DNA of 64,000 nt, from positions 434,001 through 498,000 of the forward strand of contig CM074807.1 in assembly GCA_037447605.1 (NCBI GenBank), in the 5' to 3' direction. This stretch comes from Zygnema circumcarinatum SAG 698-1b (Eukaryota; Plantae; Zygnematophyceae). Under the pieces are notes generated by a model. That model saw only the letters and a list, made by a program, of their open reading frames with translations. It was not told the DNA's origin and searched no databases. Shown here one piece after another: positions 11,658 through 23,434 of the stretch; position 1 is the first letter of the stretch; the number at the start of each line of letters is the position of its first letter. The position numbers and the translations under genes are program-made.

Positions 11658-12900
11658 TAATAGCAGCAGCGCCTTTAATAGCCTTGCTTGCTTGCGCCCT
11701 TCTTGCTTGCTTGCCTTGCCCTTTAGCCCTTTAACGCCGCCTTGCTTGCCCTTGCCCTTATGCCTGCCTGCCGCCGCCTGCCTGCCTGCCTGCCTGCCTG
11801 CCTTAATAGCCTTAGCATACTTAGCCCTTTTGCTTGCTTTTAACCTTGCTTAACCTTGCTTCTTGCTTGCCCCTTGCGCGCGCGCGCCTTTCCCGCGCGC
11901 GCGCGCGCGCCGCGCCTTGCGCGCGCGCGCGCCGCCCCGCCGCCCCGCCGCCGCCTAGCCCTTTAGCCAGCTAGCCTAGCCTTGTAGCAGCCGCCTTGCT
12001 TGCTTGCTTGCTTAGCCTTGCTTGCTTGCTTGCTTGCTTAGCCTTTGCTTGCTTGCTTGCCTTAGCCGCGCGCCAGCAACGCCTTACTTATATATATACT
12101 TATACTTACTTATATATATATATATATATATACTTATGCCTGCTTACTTATATACTCCCCCCCCTCCCTCCCTCCCTCCCTCCCTCCCTCCCTCCCCTCC
12201 CTCCCCTCCCTCCCTCCCTCCCCTCCCTCCCCCCCTCCCTCCCTCCCTCCCTCCCCTCCCTCCCTCCCTCCCTCCCTCCCTCCCTCCCTCCCTCCCTCCC
12301 TCCCTCCCCTCCCTCCCTCCCTCCCTCCCACCCTCCCTCCCTCCCTCCCTCCCTCCCTCCCTCCTCCCTCCCTCCCTCCCTCCCTCCCTCCCTCCCTCCC
12401 TCCCTCCCTCCCCACTCTCCCCTTCTCCCCCCTCTCTCCCTCCCTTCGTCCCCTGCCCCCCACTTCCTCCCACCCTCTCCCTCCCCACTTCCCCCCCCCA
12501 CTCTCCCTCCCCTCTTCCCCTCTCCCTCCCCCTCCTCCCCCTCCTCCCCCTCTACCTCCCCTCTTCCCATTTCCCTCCCTCTCCCTCTCTCCCCTCCCTC
12601 TCCCCCCTCTCCCTCCCTCCCCCTCCCTCTCCCTCTCCTCTCCCCCCATCTCCCTCCCTCTCCCCTCTCCTCCCCTCTCCCCATCTCCTTCCCTCGCCCC
12701 CCCTCTCTCCCCCCTCCCTCTCTCCTCTCCTCCCCTCACACCTGTCCCTCCCTGCCTGCCTCCCTCCCTCAGTCCCGCACTCCGGCTTCGGCCTCGGCTT
12801 CGAGCGCCTCGTGCAGTTCGCCACCGGCATAGAAACATCGCGTGCCCAGCTATTCACACATTTCCCGGGCGCGAGGCACCTCATGAATTTCCTGATGTAG
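2582..12900 (+). CDS. asnS: Asparaginyl-tRNA synthetase, organellar (Ser/Arg-rich transit peptide), 15 exons, ~619 aa
   Basis: Exons 2582-3115, 3314-3382, 3965-4075, 4444-4551, 4876-5013, 5856-5936, 6112-6189, 7943-8011, 8168-8242, 8678-8761, 9047-9133, 9308-9403, 9578-9652, 11466-11592, 12773-12900. All introns are GT-AG and frame-consistent. Motifs: [112 protein letters not shown]. The last ~20 codons diverge from consensus. Confidence 0.95.
5020..5400 (+). repeat. Degenerate (ACTGAA)n hexamer array in AsnRS intron 5
   Basis: Continuous ACTGAA/ACTGCA/GAACTG variants starting right after the donor at 5014. Confidence 0.9.
6215..7730 (+). repeat. ~1.5-kb homopurine (GAGGGAGGGGGTAGG-type) tract in AsnRS intron 7
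   Basis: Almost only G/A with periodic GGGGGTAGG units. It is the source of the spurious Pro-rich and Gly/Glu/Arg ORFs in the ORF track. Confidence 0.95.
8330..8470 (+). repeat. Interstitial telomere-like tract (TTTAGGG/TTAGGG/CTAGGG mix) in AsnRS intron 9
   Basis: Direct reading: gtttagggtttagggtttgggttttagggttagggttagg... Confidence 0.85.
9850..11465 (+). repeat. Tandem array of 3' splice site plus exon-start copies (GCAG|GTGGGAGAGCTGATGG) in a GGGA background, AsnRS intron 13
   Basis: About 30 copies by eye, ~44-nt period in the distal half. The last copy is the true acceptor at 11465/11466 ([14 protein letters not shown]). Confidence 0.9.
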
Positions 12901-13410
12901 CTGGAACCCCTCCCTCCCTCCCTCCCTCCCTCCCTCCCTCCCTCCCTCCCTCCCTCCCTCCCTCCCTCCCTCCCTCCCTCCTCCCTCCCTCCCTCCCTCC
13001 CTCCCTGCCTCTTTCCCTCCCTCCCGCCCTCCCTCTCTCCCTCCCTCCCTCCCTGCCTCTTTCCCTCCCTCCTCCCTCCCTCCCTCCCTCCCTCCCTCCC
13101 TCCCTGCCTCTTTCCCTCCCACTCCCGCCTCCCCCTCTCCCTCCCTCCCTCCCTCCCTCCCTCCCTCCCTCCCTCCCACCCTCCCTCCCTCCCTCCCTCC
13201 CTCCCTCCCTCCCTCCCTCCCTCCCTCCTCCCTCCCTCCCTCCCTCCCTCCCCTCCCTCCCTCCTTGCCTCTTTCCCTCCCTCCCGCCCTCCCTCTCTCC
13301 CTCCCTCCCTCCCCCTCTCCCTACCTCCCTCTCTTCCCTCTTTCATTCCCTCCCTCCCTCCCACTCTCCCTCCCTCCCTCCCTCTCTCCCTCCCCCCCTC
13401 CCTTCCCCCC
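12155..13410 (+). repeat. (CCCT)n/(CT)n homopyrimidine tracts flanking the last AsnRS exon
   Basis: Direct reading at 12155-12770 and 12905-13410. Confidence 0.95.
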
Positions 13411-14511
13411 CTGTACATTGTCAGAGGGCCAATCCTGCCCTCTCCTCGCTTGCGTGCAGCCAACGCGGCCAATTGGCCCTTGTGGTGTTGTAGCTCCCGT
13501 GTTCGCTAGTCTTTAGGCTCTAGGCATGTAGATTTATGGGCAATGTTCATGTGAACAATGTTGTTGTTAGGCGGTGACGTCAAGTTTAATGTTTTGTTCA
13601 CCAATATTTTTTAGGACTTGCAGGTGGCGTTCCATGTTGTAGCGTGAATTAAAAGTAATGCCAATTACAAGGTACAATGTCTTTAGTGCATGAAATTTGT
13701 TGATCCAAACCTGCGCACACCGGGGCTTCATCGCAATTTTCGTCGCGCTTTCTATGTGCGAAATGCGCGTTCAGTAACTCGCCTTGTCAATCCTTTTTGC
13801 CATTTTTGACAGAAATACGTTTGCTTTTTTAGACCAATCAAAGCGCTGCCGTGCTGTCAAATGGAACCTCAATTATATTAAAATGTTTGGTTGCTGCTAA
13901 AAAATATCCCGCAGCCAATCAGGGAGGTGCCGTACAATCCACATTTCCTTTAACTTCGATTTTCCTTGCAATAGATCTGTAGATATTTTTTGTTGATGTT
14001 TCTGTACAGATTTTGTAAATCAATTTGGAGGATCTGCTAGGAAATTCGTGCCACTTGGCAGCCGCTCGTTCGCTCTGGAGCCAAAAGACAAAATCTGACA
14101 GGCGACAAAAAGGAGATTTCCCGCCAACCCGAAATTCTCAAAATTCTGCGAAATTTTCATTTGTCACAAAAAACATTTCTTGTCCTGACCGCTGTACGAA
14201 AGAAACACATCGACGATCAGCGTGGTCCAACGGACGGCTCGATTTGAGTACGGGCAGAAGGTGGACGTTTTTTGTCTGCCCGAATCTATTTTCAAAAATA
14301 GGAAAATATGAAATTGTTTTCATTCCCCAAAATTGCGCGCTTTTTCCCTTTGAATATTTTGCACGTGCGGCGCCACTTTTTTCGACGAACAGGGCGCCGT
14401 GCGGCTGCCACGTGTCCCACTTGGAAACACTCTCCCGCCATTGCACGGCCCCCCGCTCTCTCCTTCTCTCTCTCCCACCTCTCTTTCGCTCGTCCTCGTT
14501 CTCTCTCGTTC

Positions 14512-14551
<40 letters not shown>

Positions 14552-14665
14552 CTCTATATCCTCTCTCTTTCTCTCTCTCCTCTTCTCTCTTTCTCACACT
14601 CTCTGCCTCTCTCTCGTGCCTATCTCTCGCTCTTTGTGGGTACCCATCACCATTGGTCATCCAGC

Positions 14666-17600
14666 ATGAGGTGTGCTCTGAGGAATCCCAGAAATCAAAA
14701 GGCGCGAGAAGAAGCGGCCATGGCGCCAGGGAGCCTTCAAAGCAGCAGGGGAAGAACTGCAGCATTGTTTGAAGGACCTTCCAGCAGTTCCTGCTCGAGA
14801 TGTCTGCCGTGGGAGCCCGAGCGCCTGCGTCGCCTGGAGCTCTTGTTATCCTCTCCCTCCGACAGCACAGGCGAGAGCTCCGAGTCTACTTCTGCCAGAA
14901 CTTCTCCTCCTGAGCTCATCCTGCCGCCTGCAGCAATGCGCCATTGCATGTTCCAATCTGCCGACTGTTCAAAACGTGTTCGGCTATCAGGAATTGCTGC
15001 GTTGACAGCGGCTGTGGAAAGTTCAAGCGCAGCGCAGGAAGTTCTGGAACCAGCTGATGTTCAAAATGGGCATCAAACGAAAAGAATCAAGGAAGAAAGT
15101 CTTTCAAGAACATTTTTATTTCGTTCTGAAGAGTCGAAGGCGGAATTATTTGAAGAACATAAGCAAGTATTGACACCGCCAGTAGCAGCGCAACGTCCTG
15201 CAAGTTCTGGCGACGCTCCTGACGAGGTTGCAGTGGCTGTGGAGTCGAGAATGGAAGAACAACCCGCAATGTGTTCCGATTTGGAACAGCAAACAGCTCA
15301 CCGTCTTGGTATTATTGATGATGACGAGGCAGCGAGATGTATGATGAAGGTGGTGTCAAGCTCTCCAATGAAAGCTACAGAGTTTGGAGAGTCAAAATTG
15401 GAACAAACAGCAGTACAAGCCTCTTGTTCCCAGCACGAGAGCTCGGCTGTGAAGAGCGATCCAAATCAGTCCGATTTGTTATTCAACGAGCCAACGGCCA
15501 TTCTGGAGAGCTCTGAGATTTGCGAAGAAGACATGGCATTTTCACAAACGTTTCCAAAAATCAGCTCGCCCTTGGCATCTTCAGCATCGGAGCAGCCGCC
15601 GTCTCAGCATATCCATGCCTTCCTTTCAGGCTCCATGGACGCGAGTAGTCCGTGCATGGAAAGCTGCTTAACACAATCACCAGGAGCAGAGGTTCCAGTT
15701 GTCAAGGAGCTGGCTGTCGATGTGAAGGATGATGATGGGTCAGCGGTATCTGGACGTGACGATGGAATGCAGTCTATTCCAGGAAATATGACGGATTCAG
15801 GAAGGGTTGCAGGTAACAATAATGTCACTGGAGCGCCGACAAGAGAGTTGTTTGTATCTGAAGGTCAAGTTGACCTCTTAAGTGAAGTCCAGTCAGTAGT
15901 ATCAGATGGAGGGCGTGCAGCTGAATGCGGTAGCAGCACCGAAGCTGCATGCAGGGGTGAGGAGGATGTGCAGGACTCTGAGCCTGGAAAAGATCTTTAT
16001 TTCTCACCCGTTTCGAAAGACGCACTAGATAGAGAGTCGAGCAGCAATAATCTTAACTCATTCGGAAGAGTTGGTAGTGATGTCGGGCGTGGAGGAGCTA
16101 TATCTGTACTTTCGTGGGGAACAGGAGCTTCTCCAGAAAGCATATGCTCCATGGAGAGAAGTTCCACGGAGGAGCCGTCTCCGGCCTTAATGAAAAACGA
16201 AGCGACAATAGAAACCAAGTCATCACTAGCAAGTTCAGATCAGTGCGGGGCAAAAGCAACTTGTCCATGTTTGGCAGGTGCCTCGAACGATGCAGGAAAT
16301 TTTAACAATGTGGAGGTTTGTCTGCATGGGCGCAAGATGGAAGCCATGAAGAGGGGCAAGAATTCAATTTCGAGTAAATGCTTGTGGCCGGAGCACCAGG
16401 ACGGACATTTGGACGAGCCTACTGATATTGGAAGTAAACCGATGGGAAGAAGCTTCACTCTCTCAGTTGGTGGTGAAATCGATATCGACATGTCCAATGA
16501 AAGCGAAAGGATACCAAAAGATGAGTGTAAGCAGACATTGAAACGTTTTGCGGGAGGGAAGGCACCGAATTTAAAAAGGCGGAGGGTAGAAGCGGTACGG
16601 AGTGGAGAAGCCCTCCAGGAAGAGCTGGAAAATTCGTCAGATGAAGCACGACGCAAACCTTCTCAAGAATCATATACTTTTGCATGTTTGGATGATCCTG
16701 AGTCGCACAATGCAGGCACGGACGTGGTTGGCTCAGCTTGTCACGGAGACTATATGCAGAACGTATCGACTGGGAGCCAGACCTTTCCTTCGGAAGACCT
16801 TACAAAGAGGCCGGCGGCGGAAACCTGGCTGACTGAGTGGGAGATATTGGATTGTAAAGGCAGTAAGACGTCTGACAAGAAGGTTGTCTATACCTCACTC
16901 ACTCACATGGACTCAGGAAAGTATTTGCCAGCAAGCGACACCGTTACGAGTTTGCCTAGGAGGCAATCGGTCAATTCTTCGAGCCTGGATGAATCTGGAC
17001 GTTTAGATACAACTGAGAAGGTGGGGGTAGAGCAGTCAGAAAGAGCACAACTTAGTTGCTCTCTCTCAGACAGCGATGAGGAGACGGATGCAGCTGCTGC
17101 TTGGAAGTTCGTAGAGGGCATTCTGGCGTCAGTTGTAGGAACGCAGGAGGAGGAAGACATTCGAAAAGGCTATGAATGGACACAGTACTTTGACGAACCC
17201 ACTTCATCAGGGAGCCCGGAGAAGGAGTCCCGGGAGGTGGGAGCTCTCGCAGGTCTCAACATGCTGCCACCTGCATTTAGTTTGCCTGTTGTCAACATTC
17301 CTGAGGAGAAATGTGTGGAGGAAAAAACAGCAAATGAAGAAATGGGAGAGACAGTGTGTAGGAGGGGAAAAGCAAGTGGGGCGAAGATAATGGAGGGAGA
17401 GGCGAGAGAGCAGGCTTCGGGGGAGAGAGTAGATATGGAGGAAGCTGCTTTGGAGCTGTTAAGTGAAGAGATACTTGAAGGGGAGAACGTAGAAGTGGAG
17501 CAGGAGGACGAAACCGGGCCTGAGGAAGAGGCTATTGCGGGTCCTTCGAATGTGAAGGACGACCATAAGGTGAATCCCTGACCTGCGAATGAGTTTTTAT

Positions 17601-19805
17601 CGGCTGTCGCATGATTGTGAATCTGTTATCAATGTTTTGCGGATGGAATATTCGCATGCCATATTCAGTTTGAAATTTCTTTCTTTGTTACTGACACGCT
17701 GCATTTGTTCTGACTTGCAGGATACCTCTTGTAGCTGGAAACGGAAGATTTCAGAATGCTTAGAAGAAAGCTCCTCACACTTGCGACCAGTTCGCATCAA
17801 ACTGCCATTTGGTTCTGCAAGTAAGTTGCATTGGCTACTCCCTTTCTATCTCTCCCTCCCTCTCTCTCTCCCTCTCGTTCTCTCTCTGTGTCCTTTCGTC
17901 TATCAAAGGATGCTTTGATTGCATTTCATGGCCATCTTCACCGTCTTTAAAACTTTAATCAAGTTCTATAGTCAAGCGTTTAGCAAAATTACTTAGGTAC
18001 TGTTTTAATGACGGGTTTCATGCTAGCTTCACATAAATATTTTTCTTGCTGATGTTGTATGGATGTCTGTTACCTACAGGAGTTGTTGGAGGGAACGGAG
18101 GAACCAATTTCTTAACAGACGGAGAACACGATGAAATCGAGAAAGGAGAGAAGCCAGACTATGATAAGGAGGACCTTGTTCCGTCGTTTTTGAATTGGCT
18201 GGAGGAAGAGCCAATCAGTCCCAGCAATAATGCGAGCGTACCTCTGCTGAGATTCCCCACAGATCCAAACTCCCCCATGGAAGTTCCGAGGCACCCTCCC
18301 CCACGCCCCACAAAAAATTCACATGTTATCGACGAAGTGGAGGATGTGAACTTGGGCCAAAAATCACGACATAGAAGTGGAGTTTCAAGAAGGAAACGGA
18401 ATTTGAAGCGGATACAAAGCATTGAAGCCCTTTCAAGTAACTCGCTCATACATGACTCTGGCAACAACCATATGGAGACGGAATTCATATCCCCCCAACA
18501 GTCCCCTCTCTCGTCTACTTCCTCGCTCTCGCTCAGACTCGTTCAGTCACCTTCTCCTCCTCAGTCTCCTACAGGTTCTCGAATCTTACAGTCTTCTAGA
18601 ACTGGGATTCGGGCCAGAGATGAAAGGGAGGACTCGAGCCTATTTTGGAAATATCCCAAAGGTATATTGAAGTCGGGGAACGAAAAACTGGCTACGGAAA
18701 AACCTAACTCCAGAGCTGAATGTGAAGTGTGCAGCTCTGTGATTTCAAGAGCGGCGGAGGATTCTAAGCAGCAGTTGAGAACAGCAGAGAAGGTGGTCGT
18801 TTCACTTCTGAGTGATCTTTGGGTGAGTTTGTAAATCCGGAATTTGATAATCAGAACTTGGTTAACCTGCTGTCCTCCATTTGTTGCTTTCTTCTTTGTA
18901 GCATTTTTAAAAAAAGGCTATGTATTTGGATGGCTCTGGAAATGCTGCAGGCTCTTAGGAATGTGGTGGAGAAAGAACTCCAGGACGAGAGTGTTCAGGA
19001 GCCCTTCGAGGAAAATCGACCCATTGACTACTCTAAGGTCAGCTTTGGACTCCAGATCTTGGAGTCTGTCATAGAAGTTTGGAAGGGAATTGAACGAAGA
19101 TAGAACATTATTAATGGGAAATGGCTAGATTGATGACTGCATGGTTGTGACTTCCAGTGTCTTTTAGCAGGTTCAAGAAGGGATAATGAGTGCGCTATTC
19201 AATTTTCAGGTAGGGCTATATGAGAATGCTTAGAAGCTGCCGAAGCATGTCAGTCGACTGAGTCGGAGTCAGGAATAACCATTGCTTTCTCACATCAACC
19301 ACTTTTTTTTCCAGCCTTTCTAGTGTGCGCTGCTCTTGGCCTCAATGTGCTTGTATCAATGATCTGGTCGAAATCTGTGGCGTGTACTGCAGGTGCGAAG
19401 TATTGTACAGAATGCATACATACACGAAAAGGTGGCCAAACAATACCTGAAAAAGCTGGCCGTCCACTCAAACACGTTATGCGGTGCTGCAACAGGAATT
19501 GTGAGTGTACTAAATGGTCCTGTCAGGATCATGACGCTATGTTTTCTAAAGAAAAGGAATCCATTAACTTTCCGACTCGTTAAGGACGGAAGCTGCGTCT
19601 GCGGGGACGAGTCAGATTTCTACCTTTGGATTGCCGAAAGTCTAATGGATATCTTTTAGCAACATAGGCATTATTGCGAGTTGACAGTTTCTATGTATTA
19701 ACAAAAGTCTAGCTGTTTGCGCTGGGGGAATCGATTCAGGGTGGTCGAAGGCTGCGATTTGCAGACGAGGTAGGGCAGGAGCTCTGTCATTTCCGAATAT
19801 TCTAA
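14666..19805 (+). CDS. Large (~1350 aa), mostly disordered Ser/Glu-rich protein of unknown function with a short helical C-terminal region and an RVxF-like terminal motif
   Basis: Open 2.9-kb exon 14666-17569 in non-repetitive sequence, then frame-consistent GT-AG exons 17721-17820, 18080-18822, 18951-19037, 19171-19209, 19393-19500, 19740-19805 (alternative in-frame acceptor at 19713). Ends RLRFADEVGQELCHFRIF*. The start codon and last exons are less certain. Confidence 0.7.
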
Positions 19806-20566
19806 TGGTTGCTCCGAACACAATAAAAGGAGACGGAGGGGGGCGCGGTTTCTGAGGACAAAAGATTGAGTTAGACTTCATCTACGTGGGACACATCCAA
19901 CCTTTGGGAGCACTGTACATTCTGTCTTCACATCATAAGGAAGGTGTATCGCCACTAGCACAAGTGATCAGGTGAAATGTGAGCGCGGAGGTCGTGGAGA
20001 TGGGTGAGAACTCAATTCAGCTTATGTAGAAGATTAGACAATTTCAAGCCGAGCTCACTGAAACCACTCTCACTGTACTGGTTAGTTATATAGCCTCACC
20101 TTCTTACTTCAATAGAGTACTTTTTATAGTGAGGTTCATGCAGGCTGTAGCTTTACCTCTTGTGAGAGAGACTACTGCTACCTCAGTTCAAACGAATACT
20201 CTATTGTGTCTTTCAAAGTAATAAGGAACGGCTTCGAATGCACTATGCTCCATGCTCCATAGCCATTGCTTCGAATGTTCTACGGGAATAATTAGATGGC
20301 GATATGAATGCCAACAAGACCAAACGGGGGGGGGGTTCACAGCAACTTCTTTGGTAACAACTCACAATTCTGCGACGTGAAATCAACGTCGTGAACATCA
20401 ACAGCAACCCGAACAACTCGTTGAAATTCAATGAATTCAACATGAAGTTCAACGAACATAGAGGAGAACACACATCCAATGACCCACAGACGTAGGTGCA
20501 TGCACTCAATTTTTTGTTACTCAAAAGGGTTGTACAAGGGATTCTATGCCTCGGGGAATACACAGT

Positions 20567-22917
20567 TTAGATGATGCCAATCTTGTTGGCAATATCGAGA
20601 GCATCGTAATCCGCCGTTAGCCGCACATAGGCCTTCTTGTTCCCGTCCGGCCTGAACACAGCCGCATATGGAACAGACAATCAGCATTTCGGGAGGGGAG
20701 GACGGGGGTGGGAGAGGAGGGGGAGAAGAGGGGAGGAGAGGAGGGCAGGAAGTCAGCATTTTAGGGAGGGGAGGACGGGAGAGGGAGAGGCGGGGGTGGA
20801 AAGGGGGAGAACAAGCCGGGCAGACCCGTCAGCAATTTAGGGAGGGGAGGACGGGTGAAGGAGAGGAGGGTGAGGAAAGAGGGAGAGGGGGACGGAAACA
20901 GGGATGTTGGGGGCGGACGAGACACGGGACGTAGAAATAGAGCATGGGCGGGAAAAGACGAGAGTGGGAGGAATAGTTGGGACAAGAGGGGTGAAAAGGA
21001 GGCTCTTCTCCATAAAGCCACATCACCATCAAGCCACAAACTCTCCCTTCCTGAGCTTAAGAGGTAGAAGCCATCGATTGTAGATTAGGGTTAGGGCTAA
21101 GATTACGGTTAACAAATTTCCGCTTTCAATTTGGTTCTGAGGTGAAGGCAACAAATCCTAAACCTGCCGATTAGGATCACTTTACATGGTTTCGACTCTT
21201 TTTCGTTACTGTAATCGCAAAACCCAACTACTTTAAAACAACATACATAATCCTCTCTCTCCTATTCTATGATCCACACAAACCACTTCAGCCACAGAAC
21301 TCTCCCCTCCCCCTTCCCCTACCCACCTGGCAAGGCATGCCCCCCTCTCCCACCCAAAAACCAAAAGAGAAAGAGAGAGAGCGAGAGAGAGAGAGAGGGG
21401 GGCGGCCTGAGCCAGAAGGCCACCCACCTGATGAGAGTGTTGACCTTCTTGCACTGGATGTCATACATCTTCTTGACGGCATCCTTGATCTTCTCCTTGT
21501 CCGCGCGCACGTCCACGATGAAGACGAGCGTGTTGTTGTCTTCGATCTTCTTCATGGCGGACTCCGTCGTGAGAGGGTACTTGAGCACCTGGAAGTGGTC
21601 CAGCTTGGAGGGCGGCGCCACGCTCACTCGCGGATACTTGGGGGTACGCGCACGCTTGAGAGTGCGAGGGCGGTGGAAGGTAACGCTCGTGCGGACCTTC
21701 ACCGTCTTCTTGGGGGTCGTCTTCTTAAGGGCCTTTGCGGCCTTGCTGGCCTGGGCCTTGGGGTCGCTGCCCTTGGCAGAAGCTGCAGGGCAGGGAGAGG
21801 GAGGGAGGGAGAGAAGAGGGAGAGGAGAGGGAGAGCAAAGGTTGATGAGTCGTTCTCTTTCTCTCTCGAGTCTCTCTCTCTCTCACTCTTCCTCCTCGCC
21901 CCCTCATCCCGCTCGCCTCCCTCTCCGCTCCCTCTCACCCTCCCCCTCCCCCCTCTCTCACCCTTCCTCTCCCCCTCGCCCCCTTCTCTCAAGCTCTCTC
22001 ACTCTTTCCCTCCTCTCTCTCTGTGTGTTACGCGCGCAGTAGATGTCTGTCCCACTCCGAAAAATTGTCCTCTCGTTTGTCAATTCGCTTCTGCATTCTT
22101 TCATGTTACTTTTTCGCACTGTTTTCTCGGCTCTAAGTCTAACCCTCTTCCCTGTACTCTCTCCACTCACGCGTTTTCTCTCGCAGCTGACAGATTTCCC
22201 ACTCCAAGTCAACACCTCTCTCTCAAGCACGTATCAGCATGAAAAGGCTCACTCTCGTTGATAACACTCCCCTGGTTGTTTTTCTTCTTCGTTCCTTCAT
22301 ACTTTTTCCCCCCTCCCCTTCGTATTCCTCTTCGCTTCCCCCCCCTCTATCTCTCTCCCACACCCTCCGTCTCCCTCCATTTCCTCCCTATCCTCTCCCC
22401 CTCTTCTTCCCTCTCTCCATCCCTCCCTACCACTCACACATTATCCATAACTTCCATAAATACTCAGAAAACAAACCGCGAGCGTTGAGAGGAGAAGATG
22501 AAAAATGGGTTTAGGGCCCATGGTTCACTGCCTCCCTCACTCAGCATTCAAAACTAAATCAGCTCATTACGAAATTCCTAACTCCCTTTAATCGCGACTC
22601 CTGCTCCATATCGAGCTCCACGGACAAAACTATTGAAGATTCCTATTATTACTTCCCAGCCAACCAACCAAAAAAGAAGCAAACCCACTCGAAACAAGCC
22701 ACCCCAAACCACCGAATCACGTTCTCCCTCTTCATGTAACCCTAATTCACCTTCCTAACCCCCAAAGAACCCGCCAAACCCCACAAACCCTAACCCTAAC
22801 CCTAAAACACTTCTGCAAAAAAAAACAGTTGGGGCGGATTCTTTCTATCTGCGTCAAACAACCCCCCCATTTCTCCCTTTTGGGGCGCTGTAGAAATTTA
22901 CCTTTGGGGGGCGCCAT
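20567..22917 (-). CDS. RPL23A: 60S ribosomal protein L23a (uL23), 3 exons, 151 aa
   Basis: Exons 22917-22902 (MAPPK), 21782-21428, 20651-20567, total 456 nt. Contains [63 protein letters not shown]. Confidence 0.97.
22785..22807 (+). promoter_or_regulatory. Telo-box cluster (AAACCCTAACCCTAACCCTAAAA) in RPL23A intron 1
   Basis: The motif is read directly. Telo-boxes are established elements of plant ribosomal-protein genes; function here is inferred. Confidence 0.5.
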
Positions 22918-23310
22918 GGCTGCGCGGAGGAGAAGCTCTCAGCCGCCAAGGAGGAAGAGGAGTAAGCGCCTCCAAAAAGGCCCTCTATCTCGCGAGTCGC
23001 AGACTTTGAACCTTTTCTGCGTCGCACGCGTCCTGCGATTGGCTCTGCGATTCGCAGGATCGTCGCCCACATTTTCTTTTAATGGGAATCGAGTGCAAAG
23101 GGGGTGTAGGTTGTGGTACAACTTCGTGTTGAACTTGCAAGCGTACCGTCTAGGGACCCTCCTCTGGAAACAAATAGTTGGCCCTGAACCCTCCACGCGA
23201 AATTGGAACCTTTTTTTGCGTATGGAATGGTTTTGGCGGCGGAGGTTCAGGACCTCACTTTTGGAAAATTATAAAAAGTGTCCGTTGATCACTTGAGCCC
23301 CCCGTCCGTC

Positions 23311-23374
<64 letters not shown>

Positions 23375-23434
23375 CCCCCCCTCTCTCTCTCTCTCTCGGG
23401 GGCGCGCACAAACAGAAGCGCTACTCCCTTCGCC

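Noticed and set aside
11650-12135. Odd CTTG/GCGC/TATA mosaic that might be a novel element
   Set aside because: The restricted k-mer vocabulary and an adjacent exon with apparent indels look like low-quality long-read consensus over a simple repeat. It cannot be interpreted without reads.
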